This document shows positions 1-13,400 of a DNA stretch of 64,000 nucleotides, in pieces. This stretch comes from Eledone cirrhosa (Eukaryota). Position 1 is the first letter of the stretch; each line of letters starts with the position of its first letter. The stretch is taken from NCBI GenBank assembly GCA_964016885.1, contig OZ024745.1, positions 114,700,001 to 114,764,000 of the forward strand, written 5' to 3'. Below the pieces are notes generated by a model. It was not told where the DNA came from and did not search any database. It was given only the letters and a program-made list of their open reading frames with translations. Made by a program: the position numbers and the translations under genes.

Positions 1-189
1 TCAGCAGCCTACTTTAACCTCTAGGTTACAGATGTAGTCTCCTCAATGTATGTTCTATTGCAACTACAATGACAGTTGCTCTTTAAAACTAGCTTGTTGC
101 ACACCACTTCTACTCAAGCCCACCTGTCCAAAATCATCAATGCTGTGATTCTCTCTCAATGCCATGATATCCACTTTTTCCCTTTCGAT

Positions 190-243
190 ACAACATATAA
201 ACACATAAACAACAACAAAAAATACAGAATTAAATTTTTTATT
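190..243 (-). terminator. Candidate polyadenylation signal (AATAAA at 238-243 plus downstream GU/U-rich element)
   Basis: Minus strand reads gAATAAAaaatttaattctgtattttttgttgttgtttatgtgttt. Confidence 0.4.
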
Positions 244-638
244 CAATTAACAGAATTTTTGTTTGTCAAATGTTTATAAAAATATATATGAAGTCATAAC
301 AATGTAAGGAATGATATACTGGTTATCAAGAAAAACATGAAGCCAGCCAAATACAGGCAGCACCCAAATAAAAAAATGTACAGTTGCAATAGTTTTTATG
401 TCAGGGATGACTAATTAGTACCTATTAATTATTATAAATCTAGATATTTTAAACAATGCATATCATATATGAAGTTAATGTATCTTATTCAATGTTTTAA
501 TATTATTTGTGTAAAATGAAAAAATAGCACAAACCTTGTGTGACAAATATTTTGTCTTAAAACATCTATTTTGAACATAGAAGAGTGGAGCATACATGTT
601 ACTATATGGTTTATACAAACTTTTGTTTATGGGCTAAC

Positions 639-734
639 CACTGGACCAGATTTAGACCTTAGAGGGCCTAGGGCAGTTCAGGTTTGGTGAGCCCCTCATA
701 TATATAATCTCTCTCTCTCTCTATTATATATATG

Positions 735-767
<33 letters not shown>

Positions 768-906
768 ACAAGCATGAAGGGAGAGAGAGAGAGAAATACA
801 ACAGAGACTTAAAAAGTAGCAATAGCCCTGTTTGAAGTGGGGGTCCTGGGCCTAGTTTGATGATTGGGCCCAGGGGCATTCACCTCCCCTGTTAAATCTG
901 GCCCTG
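639..906. mobile_element. hAT-like MITE with internal microsatellite
   Basis: TIRs CACTGGACCAGATTTA / TAAATCTGGCCCTG. Confidence 0.6.
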
Positions 907-2241
907 GTTAACTATTCAATGTTCATCACCTATAAGGAGGCTAGTGTTTGTTTTCTTCTTGAAATTCATCTTTTAATTTTTTTTACATGTATCATATGTT
1001 CAAACAATGAACCTATATCCTATAGGAGAGTTTATGGAATGTTAAGTTTTAATAGCTGTGATGAGTGAAAAGTATAATTGCTTAGGCAGATATCCCACAA
1101 ACTCTCCGTTTGATTAATTGGAGCTGATGCATGCCCTTACCAATTTCTTCAGATTCCACACTTTAGTACTTCCTATTTCACTGTTAACAATAAAAATTCA
1201 TTATTCAGTCAACTAAGGCTAGACAAAATTGAAAAGATATTTATATATTTACAGACGTGCCATACATATTCACACACATATATATATACATTACACACAC
1301 ACACATATGTATGTACATTTACACACATATATATATATATATATATAATTAGACATATACACACCTCACACATAGATATTTACATACATATATACATATA
1401 TATTTGCATTCCATACACATACATTTATATACACACACACACACACACACAGATATACATATATATTTGCATTCTACATATATTTTGATTTTTAATCATT
1501 TGTTATATAATTTACATCTATCTATTTGCCAGTAGTTCTTCTGAGAAAAGATTAACATTTAATATTGTAAAATAATAAAAGTTGGTTTTAAGGCAAGGGA
1601 TTATTTAACCCTTTTGACATGAATACAGCCAAAATGGGCTCTGGTTCTATGAAATATAACCACTCATTTTAAAGGGTTCCTATTTAAAGTAAAATCTTCC
1701 AACATAATTTTATTTAAGAACCATATGTTAAGTCACTAAGTTATGAAATAATTAATGGCCTCTAATTTAAGCACAAGGCTAATAATCTTGAGAAAAAGGT
1801 GGAAAGTTGATGATATCAACCCCAGTACTTTATTGATTCTTCATTTTATTGACCTCATAGGTTTTGAAACTAGAATGTAGAGGGCTGTAACAAAATATTG
1901 CAATGCATTTTATCCCACATACAAATGATTGTGCCAATCCACTGCCCTTAGGAATAAATTCCTCAAAATTCTTCATTAATTAATAAAGTGTATTTCATTA
2001 GACATATGGTCACAAAAGGGTTACAGCACTATCTAGCAAAATATTTCTATAATTGTATATTTATTGCAACATGTCAAATTCAATATTACAAGATGTTTTG
2101 GTAGTACCCATGCATGGAAAAAGTATAGACTTGGCATGAATTGAATCTGCATGAGAAAAATGCCAGCATAACGAAACATACATGGATATAAGGTTGCATT
2201 ATTATAGCAGATGTTTGAGATTAAAGATGCCACCAAGTAGA

Positions 2242-2505
2242 TTAACCCTTTTGATACCAACCCACCTGAAACTAGCCCTGGTTTTATGATATAAGACAGC
2301 CTGCTTTAAAATGTTCATACTTGTGAATATATCAAAAAAAACTTCCACCAGTTTTATTCAAGAAATTTTTGTTAAGTGATGTTATAAACATTAGTCTAAT
2401 AATGAAAAAAATTATTAAATTCCTCCAAATTCATTATTATTTTCAAAATTAATTGAAACATATAGGCAGTGCATTTCATTAGAAATATGGTAACAAAAAG
2501 GTTAA
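2242..2505. mobile_element. piggyBac-type MITE family B; copies at 1605-2024 (with nested SINE), ~38210-38432, ~39730-39933 and 63656-63898
   Basis: TTAACCCTTTTGATACC...GGTAACAAAAAGGTTAA. Confidence 0.8.
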
Positions 2506-2967
2506 TATACAGAAAAGTATAAGAAAAGTTTGAAAAAATGACCAATCTCCAAGTTACACATCATCAAAGAGTTTAATGATGTTAAGGCAACAAGTTTCCT
2601 ATTCATGGTTCTCTAAAAGATCACCTTATTTGTACACAAGAGAAAGTTGCTAGTTATTAACTAAAAGAAAAGCTGGGGTTTTTGGGGGTTTTTTTTTTTA
2701 GCATCAGGATCACATAATTGCCTGCTTCTGTATTTTATAAACTGAAAGAGCAGTAACAAAGACTGAAAAATTTTACAGGATAGTTCAGATAAATGATACC
2801 TTTTAAAGTTTAACCTCTGCTGAGACAACTCCACAAAGCAAAATAAATAATTCAAACCACGATCATTAATAACAATATTAAATTTCTGTGTTTAAACAAA
2901 TTTACAAGTTTGTGCTTTTCTTCTTTTTAAACAATCTGAAAATTATCAGTGGTGAGTCTAATAAAGT

Positions 2968-3117
2968 GGAGGTACGTGGCCTAGTGGTAAGGGTGTTGGA
3001 CTTACAATCATAATGTTGTGGGTTCGATTCCTAGACTGGGTTGTGTGTTGTGTTCTTGAGCAAAACACTTTATTTCATGTTGCTCCAGTATACTCAGCTG
3101 AAGATGAGTACCAGCAT
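2968..3117 (+). mobile_element. tRNA-derived CORE-like SINE; relatives at ~22880, 26260-26483, 30875, 33160-33385, 36940-37220, 58005-58273
   Basis: A box TGGCCTAGTGG, B box GGTTCGATTCC, CORE-like GTGTTCTTGAGCAAAACACTTTATTTC...CTCAGCTGAAGATGAGTACC. Confidence 0.82.
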
Positions 3118-4365
3118 CCTGGGCTCTGCCAAGGGTGTGTACTGTCACCTCTCTTGTTCATAATCTTCAAGGAGAGGGTTGTCATGTGCAGCTGCTTTGA
3201 AAGTGATATCGAAACTGGAAGTTGTAGGATCAGTTGGCTGGAATTTGTGGCCAACATAGCTTAACTCATCAGAAGGTGATCTCCAACATACACTAGATAG
3301 CTTTGCTGCCAAGTGCTGTACAGCAGGAATAAAAATCAGAGCTGCAGAAACTGAGATGGTCATCCTCTTGAGGAAGCCTGTGCAGTGTACTCTACAAGTG
3401 AGGGAAGTTCCACTGACGCAAGTGGAGAAGTTCAAGTATCTCAAGGCTATGTTCATGAGTGATGGAATACTGGAGGCTGAATTAAGTACAAGAATTGCAG
3501 GAGCTGGTGCAGTAATGTGCCAGCTTCAGAAAAAGGGAGGTAGGTGTAAACGCCAAACTCACTATCTTCAATTTGGCATTCATGCCAACCCTTACTTCTG
3601 GTCATGAATCTTGGGTAATGAGTGAAAGAATATGATTGCAAATACAAAAGGCCGAAATGAGATTCCTCTGAAGGGTTTCTGGAGTAATGTTACTTGATAG
3701 GGTGGGTAGCTCGGAGATCAGATTCGCTCCAAGTATAGCTGCTACTTCTCTGAATTGAGAGATCACATCTACAATACTACAGACAGAAATGCTGGACAGA
3801 TTTTATGGGCAAAATCAACCAGCAGGAAACCCAGGATTAGTCCCAGAGCAAGGTGGTTAGATAACATCCATAAGCTTGGATGGTCCCACTTGGGGATCCA
3901 GCTGGATCAATTGGAGACGGTTTATTCTGACAGTATGCACTGGAAGGCATGTTTAAGGACTCTACTCTAAAGACCCTCCTAGGAGTAAGTGGAAGGAGGA
4001 GGAGGAGAAGAAGAAAATGAAGAGGAGGAGGCAGCTTTGATAGTAAAAAATTAGTATTTAAAAAATGTTTAATACACCACCTTGCAATCTCTCAGCACTC
4101 TAACCAATTGTAGTATATAACTGATAAAATACTAAGATAAGAATATGTGGAAAACTCAGAGCTGTATGGGAGCCTCCCAAAAGTCAGCTCAAAAGTGACA
4201 CAGAGGAGACTGAGGTTAGCTGGACATGCTCACCGACATCCAGAGTTGACATTGCACTCAGTGTTCCTGTCGGAGCCCCTACATGGACACACTGGAAGAG
4301 GAAGACCAAGGTTAATGTATGTTGATGCCCTAAGGACAGACACTGGTCTGTTGGAGATGCCCTAG
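3118..4365 (+). mobile_element. Fragments of other decayed RT-bearing LINEs (RTE-like); related pieces at ~8380-8600, 16620-16880 and 54140-54510
   Basis: GLCQGCVLSPLLFIIF, QVEKFKYL, RRLRLAGHAHRH, GRGRPR. Confidence 0.8.
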
Positions 4366-4544
4366 AATAGAATATACGGAGAAATCTGTGTAAAAATTTA
4401 AAACATAATCACAGCTACAATAATTTTTGAGGACGGAAAAAAAAGAGGGGGGGGGGTAAAGATATCCCCTTCAGGATTTAGAAGATGTAAACATATTTAC
4501 TGAGGTATTCTTTCACATAGTTATCAGTTATATTATGGCCAAGT

Positions 4545-4900
4545 CAGACCTCTGCCTGCTACTAGTACCATGTAGTCTAATACAACCTTCATCTGCTTGC
4601 TAGTAGTACCATGTAACTCAGTACAGCCTGCTTCATGGTTGAGTGGTCGGCGACTAAACCAGCTCCCCCAAAAAGACTCAAAAAACAAGAGCTGTTAAAA
4701 GGGTAGATGAACTTCCCAGAGTCAATGGCCATCCATCTCAACTATGGGCTAAATAGCCTCACCAACCCACATTTGGTCAAGTGTAGTGAGTATGGCTACA
4801 TCCCTGAAGACATGACCAAAACCAAACAGAAAGTGGTGGAGGTTAACCAGGGAGGTGTTCCTCCGACAGGAGTGATAAGGCCCTGGATTAGATTGAATTA
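4545..4900 (+). repeat. Unclassified interspersed repeat; other copies at ~21610-22308 and ~27318-27822
   Basis: Shared AGAGTCAATGGCCATCCA...AACTATGGG...CCTCACCAA and TTCATGGTYGAGTGGTYGGCGACTAAAC. Confidence 0.75.
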
Positions 4901-5736
4901 TCATGATGCCATCTATTTCCACAAAAATTTCAGGCCATTAATGAACTCAATGGCTTAAACCATTTTTAGAATGAAGATCACTTAAACCCTATTGTTAAAT
5001 AAAATATGTCTTTCAGAGGTCTATATAATCAGCAAAAGAATAAAATGGTGAACAAAAAAACAATTAAATCAAGAATCTTACATACTAAGACTGCTTGTAA
5101 TCATTATCATCATTTAACATTCATTTTCCATGTGTGCATGGATTAGATGGGTTGCCACGTTATGAGACAATTCAGGTCAGGTGACCATATCTTGCTCATA
5201 CAGATCTGCATTTGGCTTGCTTCATAATGTCAACCGTTAGAGTGTGGACTGGGTGTATTTTATCATGGCAATAGTTGTTACATTTTAAAAAACTAGTGTT
5301 GAGTAGTCAAAATTTCTCTAAACCACTCTTAATAGCATCAGAAATAGATAAAGAAACTGAAAACTTTTCACAAAAGAGTTGTTAGAGGGAGATGTTAGAT
5401 TTTTAACAAACAATTAAACCACCTTACAATGCAGATCTGAGGACATTGCTAAAGGAGGATATAGGCTCCATTTCCAGGTGATATGTGAATTAAAAAGAGT
5501 AATTCAGAATATCTTCAGCAGTGAATGTTGCAGGAATTGAGTAGAAAAATAGAAAACATGTGTGCATGTACACACACAGAGAAATGTATGCATGTATATA
5601 TGTGTGTAAAAGAGAGAGTATGTGTGCATGTGTGTATGTATGCATAAAACAGCAGAAATCTAACCCAGAAATATATGGAAAAAAGAACATGGATTAAAAA
5701 ATATTTTAACATCAGGTTTGAATGTTTATATAATCA

Positions 5737-6095
5737 TCTGTCTGTCTATCTACCTATCTATATATATCTACCTATCTATCTATATATATCTATCTACCTA
5801 TCTATATATATATATATATCAACCTATCTATATCTATCTATCTACCTATCTATATCTATCTATCTACCTATCTATATATCTATCTATCTACCTATCTATA
5901 TATCTATCTATCTACCTATCTATATATCTATCTATCTACCTATCTATATATCTATCTATCTATCTACCTATATATCTATCTATCTATCTACCTATATATC
6001 TATCTATCTATCTACCTATATATCTATCTATCTATCTACCTATATATCTATCTATCTATCTATCTATCTATATATATCTACCTATCTATATATAT
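5737..6095. repeat. (TATC)/(TACC)/(TA) compound microsatellite with 24-bp periodicity
   Basis: Read directly. Confidence 0.95.
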
Positions 6096-7420
6096 TGCAC
6101 ACACTCACACACACTATCTCTGTATACACACACATATATAACAGTATATATACACACACATTTATATTTTTTTTGTAACAAGAGTGCTTAAGCAGATGTA
6201 ATATAGGAACAGGAAATTTAATATACAAGGAGTGCCCAGCTGAAGTGGAACCCACACCTTTGTTGATATGTTGGTGTATTTACCACTATATCCCAAGATC
6301 TGTCAAAACTTAGTTATATATAACACACGTATATAATGAATACAAAATCGTTTAGAATTCTATGCATGTGTATTTGGTTTGCCTTTGGCTTTAGATGCTG
6401 ACTTTTAAGTTACAGCCATGATTCAATTACAAAATTGTTTCCTTTTTATTTTGACACTTTTACTTAATCTGTTGAGGTTATATTTAGAGGAACACAATTG
6501 CCAACTTCTTTGGATCTATAGTCACAGGACATGGTTATTCTTTGACCATAGTTTGTTTGGGTTTTTTCCAGTAACTCTTGGGGGAATCGTAGGGGTGCCA
6601 TATTGATATACAGCATTCCTAGGGCAATTTTTAATACCCGACAGAGACCATCTCCTCTCCAGGTCTTAATACAGCAGATGTCTTCCAGAGAAGGATAAAG
6701 AGAGTGAGTGAATGGAAGTGAGAAAGAGATATAGAGGAAGAATCAACTCCAGTACTAGATTGGTACTTTTTTATCGACTTTGAATGGATGAAAGGCAAAG
6801 TTGACCTTGGTAGGATATGAACTCAGAGAGCAGAGAGTTGAAACAAATACCACAAAGACTGCTATTTGATGTTCTAACAACTCTGCCAATTTGCCTCCTA
6901 GTTTACACATCACTAAAAGTGGTAATGTCAAATTTTTTACATAATTTTAAATTTGATTATATGAACACATTCCAAAACAAAAAACTTAACCTTGCATCAC
7001 CTTTTTGTAAAAAAAAGTATCTTTATGTTTTAAAATAAAAAGAAAGATTTGAACAAATCAATTTTTTCCCTAACAAGATATATGCAAACAAGTAATCACA
7101 GCCAACTAACCTCATCATCATGGAGAAAAGAGCAAACATCATCTAAAAATTTATTAGGGATTTTTAAATATAGAAGTAGCTGAGGGAAAAAAAGCTTTAA
7201 TTTAAATGTTTCCAGATTTATATGGACATTATTAAAAACATATTCCTTTCTCAATTTTCATTTGTCTTTCTTATTTATCATGAAAATTAGTATCAAAGAC
7301 TTGTTGCTTTCTCTCATATCCACTATCACTGAAGAAAGTCTAAATTTCGATAAATTATTCCAAAAATGGTTAACGTTTCCCCATGAACAAAGTTATAAAT
7401 TGAACAAGTGAGTGATGTAA

Positions 7421-7447
7421 TCAGGGACTCATGTCTTCATCAGAAAC
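7421..7447 (-). CDS. MAP3K4: MAP3K4 terminal coding exon (VSDEDMSP*)
   Basis: cttcatttccag|GTT TCT GAT GAA GAC ATG AGT CCC TGA; resembles the short acidic C-terminus of vertebrate MAP3K4. Confidence 0.82.
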   Translation of the reverse strand, partial: VSDEDMSP

Positions 7448-10400
7448 CTGGAAATGAAGAAAAAACAACAATAATGTAAGTTGAAATTTATAAAATTTAA
7501 CTCCTTATAAAACTAAATGTAAATTTAAATTTAACTTCACCTCCATTTCAACCACCTCACTCTCCAACATTAGCATAATGTCTTTTTTTATGCAGATATT
7601 GATGAGGTATGTTTGCAATACGCCCCTCATAGTGGATCTTGATCAAGAATCATCTTTATGAGAAATTCAGAGCAACTACAATTCTTTAAATCTTCCTTGA
7701 TCTATTTTTACTGTGGCTGTCTTCCAACAATTTCACAGCAGTTTTCAAGTAAGCATTACATCTTTTCCTTTCATACTCCACAGCCAATGTTTAGCCTCAA
7801 TATATCTGATAAATTGACATAACACAGCTAATGATCTGTAGTGAATACATGCACAAAGGCTCAGTGATGTCACTTCCGCCCAAGTGTGACAAGTGCAAAT
7901 ACTTACACTGAACAGTTTAGTTGCTGCTGCCAACACCTGTCCAGTGCTTCTTCTCCTATCGCCATCAGCAACTCAGGACATTATTCTTATATACGAAGCA
8001 AGGACTTTACTTCTTCAATGAGAGTAACTGAAAGCTATTTGCAACACTCATGGACTTGAACATTATTTCCCACTGACCTGCTCACTTGACTTAATAAATT
8101 CCTATGTTTGTTTTCAATCAAAACGCCTACTAATTTATTATACTTTTTTATTTCACTGCTGACTGTCTTGTGACAGATCCATACTGAAATCAGTCTTTTC
8201 AGCTGCTTTAGATCCTATTCACTTGTTATATAAAATATCCCACTGCAGAGTGGTTGTGTTCAAACCTTGACTTGAGAAATGCATAACACAATGTGCTTCA
8301 GGTGTTAGTTTCTTATTGAATATAACCCCACTTAGTTAACTCTTCACTTTACAGTCTTCCTCACCAATTTATTCTGGAGAGGGTTGTGCAGGCAAAGTCC
8401 TATGACACACCTTCTAGAGGGTTCTATCAGAAGCAACTGTATCCAATTGATACAGCTGATCCCAAAGCGAGACCAACTGAACTTGTGGATATTATCCAAC
8501 CATCTTGCTTATGGTCTACTTCTGGGTCTCCTGTCAGTCTGCTTCACACTTTACATTTTCAATATGTAATTGATATCTAAACGTTGTTACTGTCTATATG
8601 ATGACTAGAAAAATGAATATAAATTAGTTACCATTCTTTTTTTTACAACCATATTTGTTGCTGTATTCCTAGGAGTATTAATCACATAAATGAAGTAAAA
8701 TAGGATTTTAAACTAGGCTGTCAATTCTACTCTATTGTATTTACTTTACTGGTTTAAAAGATTTAAAAATTGAAAATAAATACTTGCCTTTGAAAATCGG
8801 TGGTTTAAAAGATCTATGGCACCAGGGCGTTGACTAGGTTCTGTCTGAAAACAAGATTTTAAGAACTCTTTCCCTTCTAGACTTAATGCTTCTGGAATTG
8901 GTGGTACATTTCCCAAACCAACTAAAAACATTATTTGATAAGGATGTTGATCATACCAAGGTTGCTGTAAAATAGGTGACATTTCAATTTATCAGTGTTT
9001 TAAGCAAATATTAAAACAGAGTCAGTTGTATAAAAAGATATTCCAAATAAGTGACTGAATGTAATTTTAAAGGATAGGTTTGTAAAAGTCATCTTTCTAA
9101 AAGGTATTACAGACTCAAATGAACTGATTCAAAACTAGGTTAAAGGCACTTAACTTACTTTGAGTTCATGTTTTTCTCTAAGTGCTCATCACCTTATCAG
9201 TGTCAAGTATCATCATCATCATCATCATCATCGTTTAACGTCCATCTTCCACGCTTGCATGGGTTTGGACGGGAGTTATCCCACTTGAGGCAAGAGTGGT
9301 TGTCTTGCTCACATAGGACTGTCTGGCGGGTTTTCTACGGCTGGATGCCCTTCCTAACACCAACCACGTTTACAGTGTGGACTGGGAGGTTTTTACCATG
9401 TTACCTACACAGCCACATTACAGCGTGGACTGTGTGTTTTTTTGTCGTGACACCTACACGACCTCATTTGTTTCTGACTGGATGTTGTGGTACTAACATA
9501 ACTTTACATTGAAAAGGGTAGTGTGGATGGAGTGGGGGTAGTGGGATGGGGGTGTATTTTTGTTAGAGGTGCCTACTGACTGTAGTAGGTTTCACTTTGT
9601 ACTTAGGTAAGGTGGGTCTTCTGTATTACTGTGTAGCGCCAAAGGTCTCGGTCCAGTGACATTGTCTTGGAGATGTGTAAGTGTGTGAGGTCGGAATTTA
9701 TCAAGTCGTCCCAGGTTTTTCTAGGTCTGCCTACTCCGTGGCTACCGTCTATTTTTATTGCCCTGCACTTTGTTATACAGCTATCGTCTTTCATGCGCAT
9801 CACGTGACCATACCAACGTAGTCTTCTCTCGAGTAAACAACATCTGATCCCTCTTATTTCTAATTTTTCCCTTAGTTCGTTTATGCTTTGCCGTTCATGT
9901 ATATTACTATTACACATCCAGCGGAGCATGCAAGCTTCGTTCCTCTCCAGTCTGCGTATATCCTCTGCACACAATGCCCAGGTCTCACTGCCATGTAACA
10001 TTACTGTTTGTATGCAGGCATCATACAGCCTGCCTTTCATTTTTAGAGAGAACCCTTTAGCGGCTAATAGTGGTATAAGCTCTCTGAGCTTTTTCCATCC
10101 AGTTCTGACTCTTGCTACTGTACTTTCAGAGCACCCTCCACCACTGCTGATTTTGTCAACCAAGTAACGGAAGGTGTCCAGTATTTCTATAGAACCATCT
10201 GTGCAATGGAATGAGCTAGTATTTTGTGGGCACTTGCTGCTACTTATTGCACCAGAGCACCGGCCACATATAAAATCTATGTTCTTAGTGACCCCACTAC
10301 ATCTTTTATGCACCCATACTTTGCATTTGGGACATAAAATGGAGTTTCTACCTACTCCTTTCCTACACACTGAGCATGGCCATTTCCCGGATGGGACCGG

Positions 10401-13400
10401 TGCCCTATTTTCCTTCCTACAAACTAGAACTTTAGTCTTAGACAGGTTAATTTTAAGGCCTTTTGATTCTAGGCCATGCTTCCATGTTTGGAATTTCTTC
10501 TCTAGTTCAGCCATTGATTCAGCTATGAGCGTTAGATCATCTGCGTATAGGAGTTCCCATGGGCAGCCGGTCTTGAACTCCACTGTTATAGCCTGAAGGG
10601 CAATAATAAATAGTAGGGGTTAAGAACGGAGCCCTGATGAACACCAACTTTTACGCTAAACTCTTCACTATATTCGTTGTTAATTCTAACCTTGCTGACT
10701 GTTTCTTTATACATGGCTTGTATAGCTCTCACAAGCCATTCATCAACACCTAGTTTTCTAAGAGCCCACCAGATAATGGAACAGGGGACTTTGTCAAAGG
10801 CTGTCTCCAAGTCGACAAAAGCTAAGTATAGGGGTTTACTTTTAGCTAGGTACTTCTCCTGTAGTTGTCGTACAATGAAAAGAGCGTCAGTGGTACTTTT
10901 ACCTGACACATATTATATATATTGAAATTTGATAATGTGAGAGTACCAAACGCAGAAAATAATTATAATAACAGTCAATCATTATAGATAATAGATGAGA
11001 AAATTGGGTAAATTATCTTTAGAGATGCAAAAAAGTGGACAGAGGCACCTCTCACCACTTTTTTATGTCTCTAAGGATAAGTTAACCAATTTTCTCAACT
11101 ATTATCTATAATGATTGGCTGTTATTACAGTTATTTTCTGCATTTAGGACTATCACATACACATTTCAAACAATCCCAATACTTCGATAATTCATAAGGT
11201 TTACTTACATAAGTAATATTTAGATGAATGAGTCAAAGGAAACTAAAGAGAGATAAATATAGTTTATTATTTACCTTGCCAGTGGACATTTCATATACTA
11301 CACAACCTAAACTCCAAATATCTGCAGCTCTTCCATGTCCTTCTCTATCATTCCGTGTAAAAACCTCAGGAGCCATGTAAGCTGCCAAAAATATTCAAAA
11401 TTTATTATTACAATATAAATTTCTTTAATCAGAGAAACAAGGCAGCCTTCAAAAGTGAGAAGAAAAAGACTGAAAAGCTGTTATTAAAAGCAGAGAAAGA
11501 AAGTGCAGAGGAATTTTTATCATCATCATCATCATCAATGATCTAAACTAAATAGCCTCTTCTAAATGTGTGTTAGTCTGTTTCTTCCCTTTATATATGA
11601 TATAATAATTGTTTCTACTTTTGGCACAAGGCCAGCAATTACCCAGTGCATTACGGGTACTTTATTTTATCGACCTCCGTAAGGATGAAAGACAAAGTTA
11701 ACCTCGGCGGGATTTGAACTCAGATCATAAAGGGAGGTAACTCTATGCTTCAAACCATAGCGTCCGACCCTCTATCGATACTGCCAATCATATGATATAA
11801 TAATTGTAACTTCATTTTGGATATGCAAAAAGGAAAACATTAAAAAAGGGAGAAAGGGAAAGTTGATTATATTGATCCCAGTACTTGGCTGGTACTTTAT
11901 TTTATAAAAACCGGAAAGGCAAAGTTGACCTTGGCAGGATTTGAACTCAAAAAGTAAAGAACCAAAACAAATACTAAGCATTTATCCAATCCAACCCTCC
12001 AACAACTCAGCTAATCTATCTCCTTAGTAGTTTATATAATAATAGATATATGTTTTTTTTTTAATCATTAACAGACATTAACCCTTTAGCATTTAAACCG
12101 GCTGTATCCAACCAGAATTCTCTCACTTCTTTCTGTTCAAATCGGCCGTAACTGGCCACTCATACTGATGTTAAGGTATTGTTCTCAAAATAAATATAAA
12201 AATCTCATAGATTTGATATTGTGATATATTATGCGTAATAAAGCCTTTACTGTGAAAATACAATAGTATATATAGAGTAATGTAAATGCTAAACAAAGTT
12301 AATAGATTCTGAAACCAACATTGTCATAATTTCTTTTGTGATGAGATACTCAAAATATATTTTATAATAGAAAAAAAAACGTGATGGCTTTAGCAGTACC
12401 AAGGCTTCTGTGGCTGATGTTACTGTATTGTTCTTGTTCATTGTTAAAATTATTTTTCAGTACTTTATTGCTTATACAAAATACTTTTATCATACATTTG
12501 ACACTAGGGCTTAATTTGTTGAGTTTATATTTCAACGAACACAACTGCCACCTCTTAAGATCCATAGTCACAGAACACGGTTATTCTTTAATCCTAGTTT
12601 ACACATCACTGAAGAAAATGTCAGCAATAAGTATGACATTTTGCAGTATCTGGCTAGTTAATGCAACATATGATATTTTGCTCATATGACCAATCCATCT
12701 CAGATGTAGCTGTTTTAGGAGATTGAACACCATTTTTTAAAAACTCAAAGCAAGTGATTAGCCTAAGATATACACAATATGCAAACATCACTCAGTATCC
12801 TAACTAAAGTATTTCAGAAAAAACAAATGTCAAATGGTAAGGTAAGCCATAGATTTTGTAGCCATTTACTCTTCAACTGATTTAGTCAGTCTTTGGAGTA
12901 AATGGTTTCTGATTTAGACACAAGGCCAATAATTTTAGGGGAGAGGAAAGTCGATTAAATTGACCCCAGTGTGTGTGTGTTATTGGTATTTTATTTTATC
13001 AATACCGTAAGGAGGAAAAGCAAAGCAAACCTCAGCAGGTCGTAAAGGGACGTAACTATGCCACAGTTTGTTGCCCAACGCTCTACCGATACTGCATGGA
13101 GAAAATACCAATACATTTCAAATGTCTTACACAAATCAATAATTTAGGATTTAACTTGAAAAACAAAAGGCACATTTAAGTTTATCTGAAGGATGATCTA
13201 AATTGATAAATCTGACAGAGTTGGTATTTTTGTTTGACTGATGGTCATTAATTAAAAACTTAATTACTAGGTAATGAGAATATCAATAAAGAATGATTAT
13301 ACAAAAGAAATAAATTTAACTCTTCATGCTGCCTACTAAAAAAAAATCAAGCATGTTATTGCTTAGTGGAAAAGTCTGCATAATCAACGAATGACTTACC

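Noticed and set aside
2968-3050. tRNA genes at A/B-box sequences
   Set aside because: They continue into multi-copy SINE bodies and lack an intact cloverleaf.
5675-6191. 157-167 aa YLSI-rich ORFs
   Set aside because: Translation artefacts of a microsatellite.
9603-10909. Active or domesticated reverse transcriptase gene
   Set aside because: 5'-truncated, frameshifted between the two ORFs, no endonuclease, and YLG changed to YLV.
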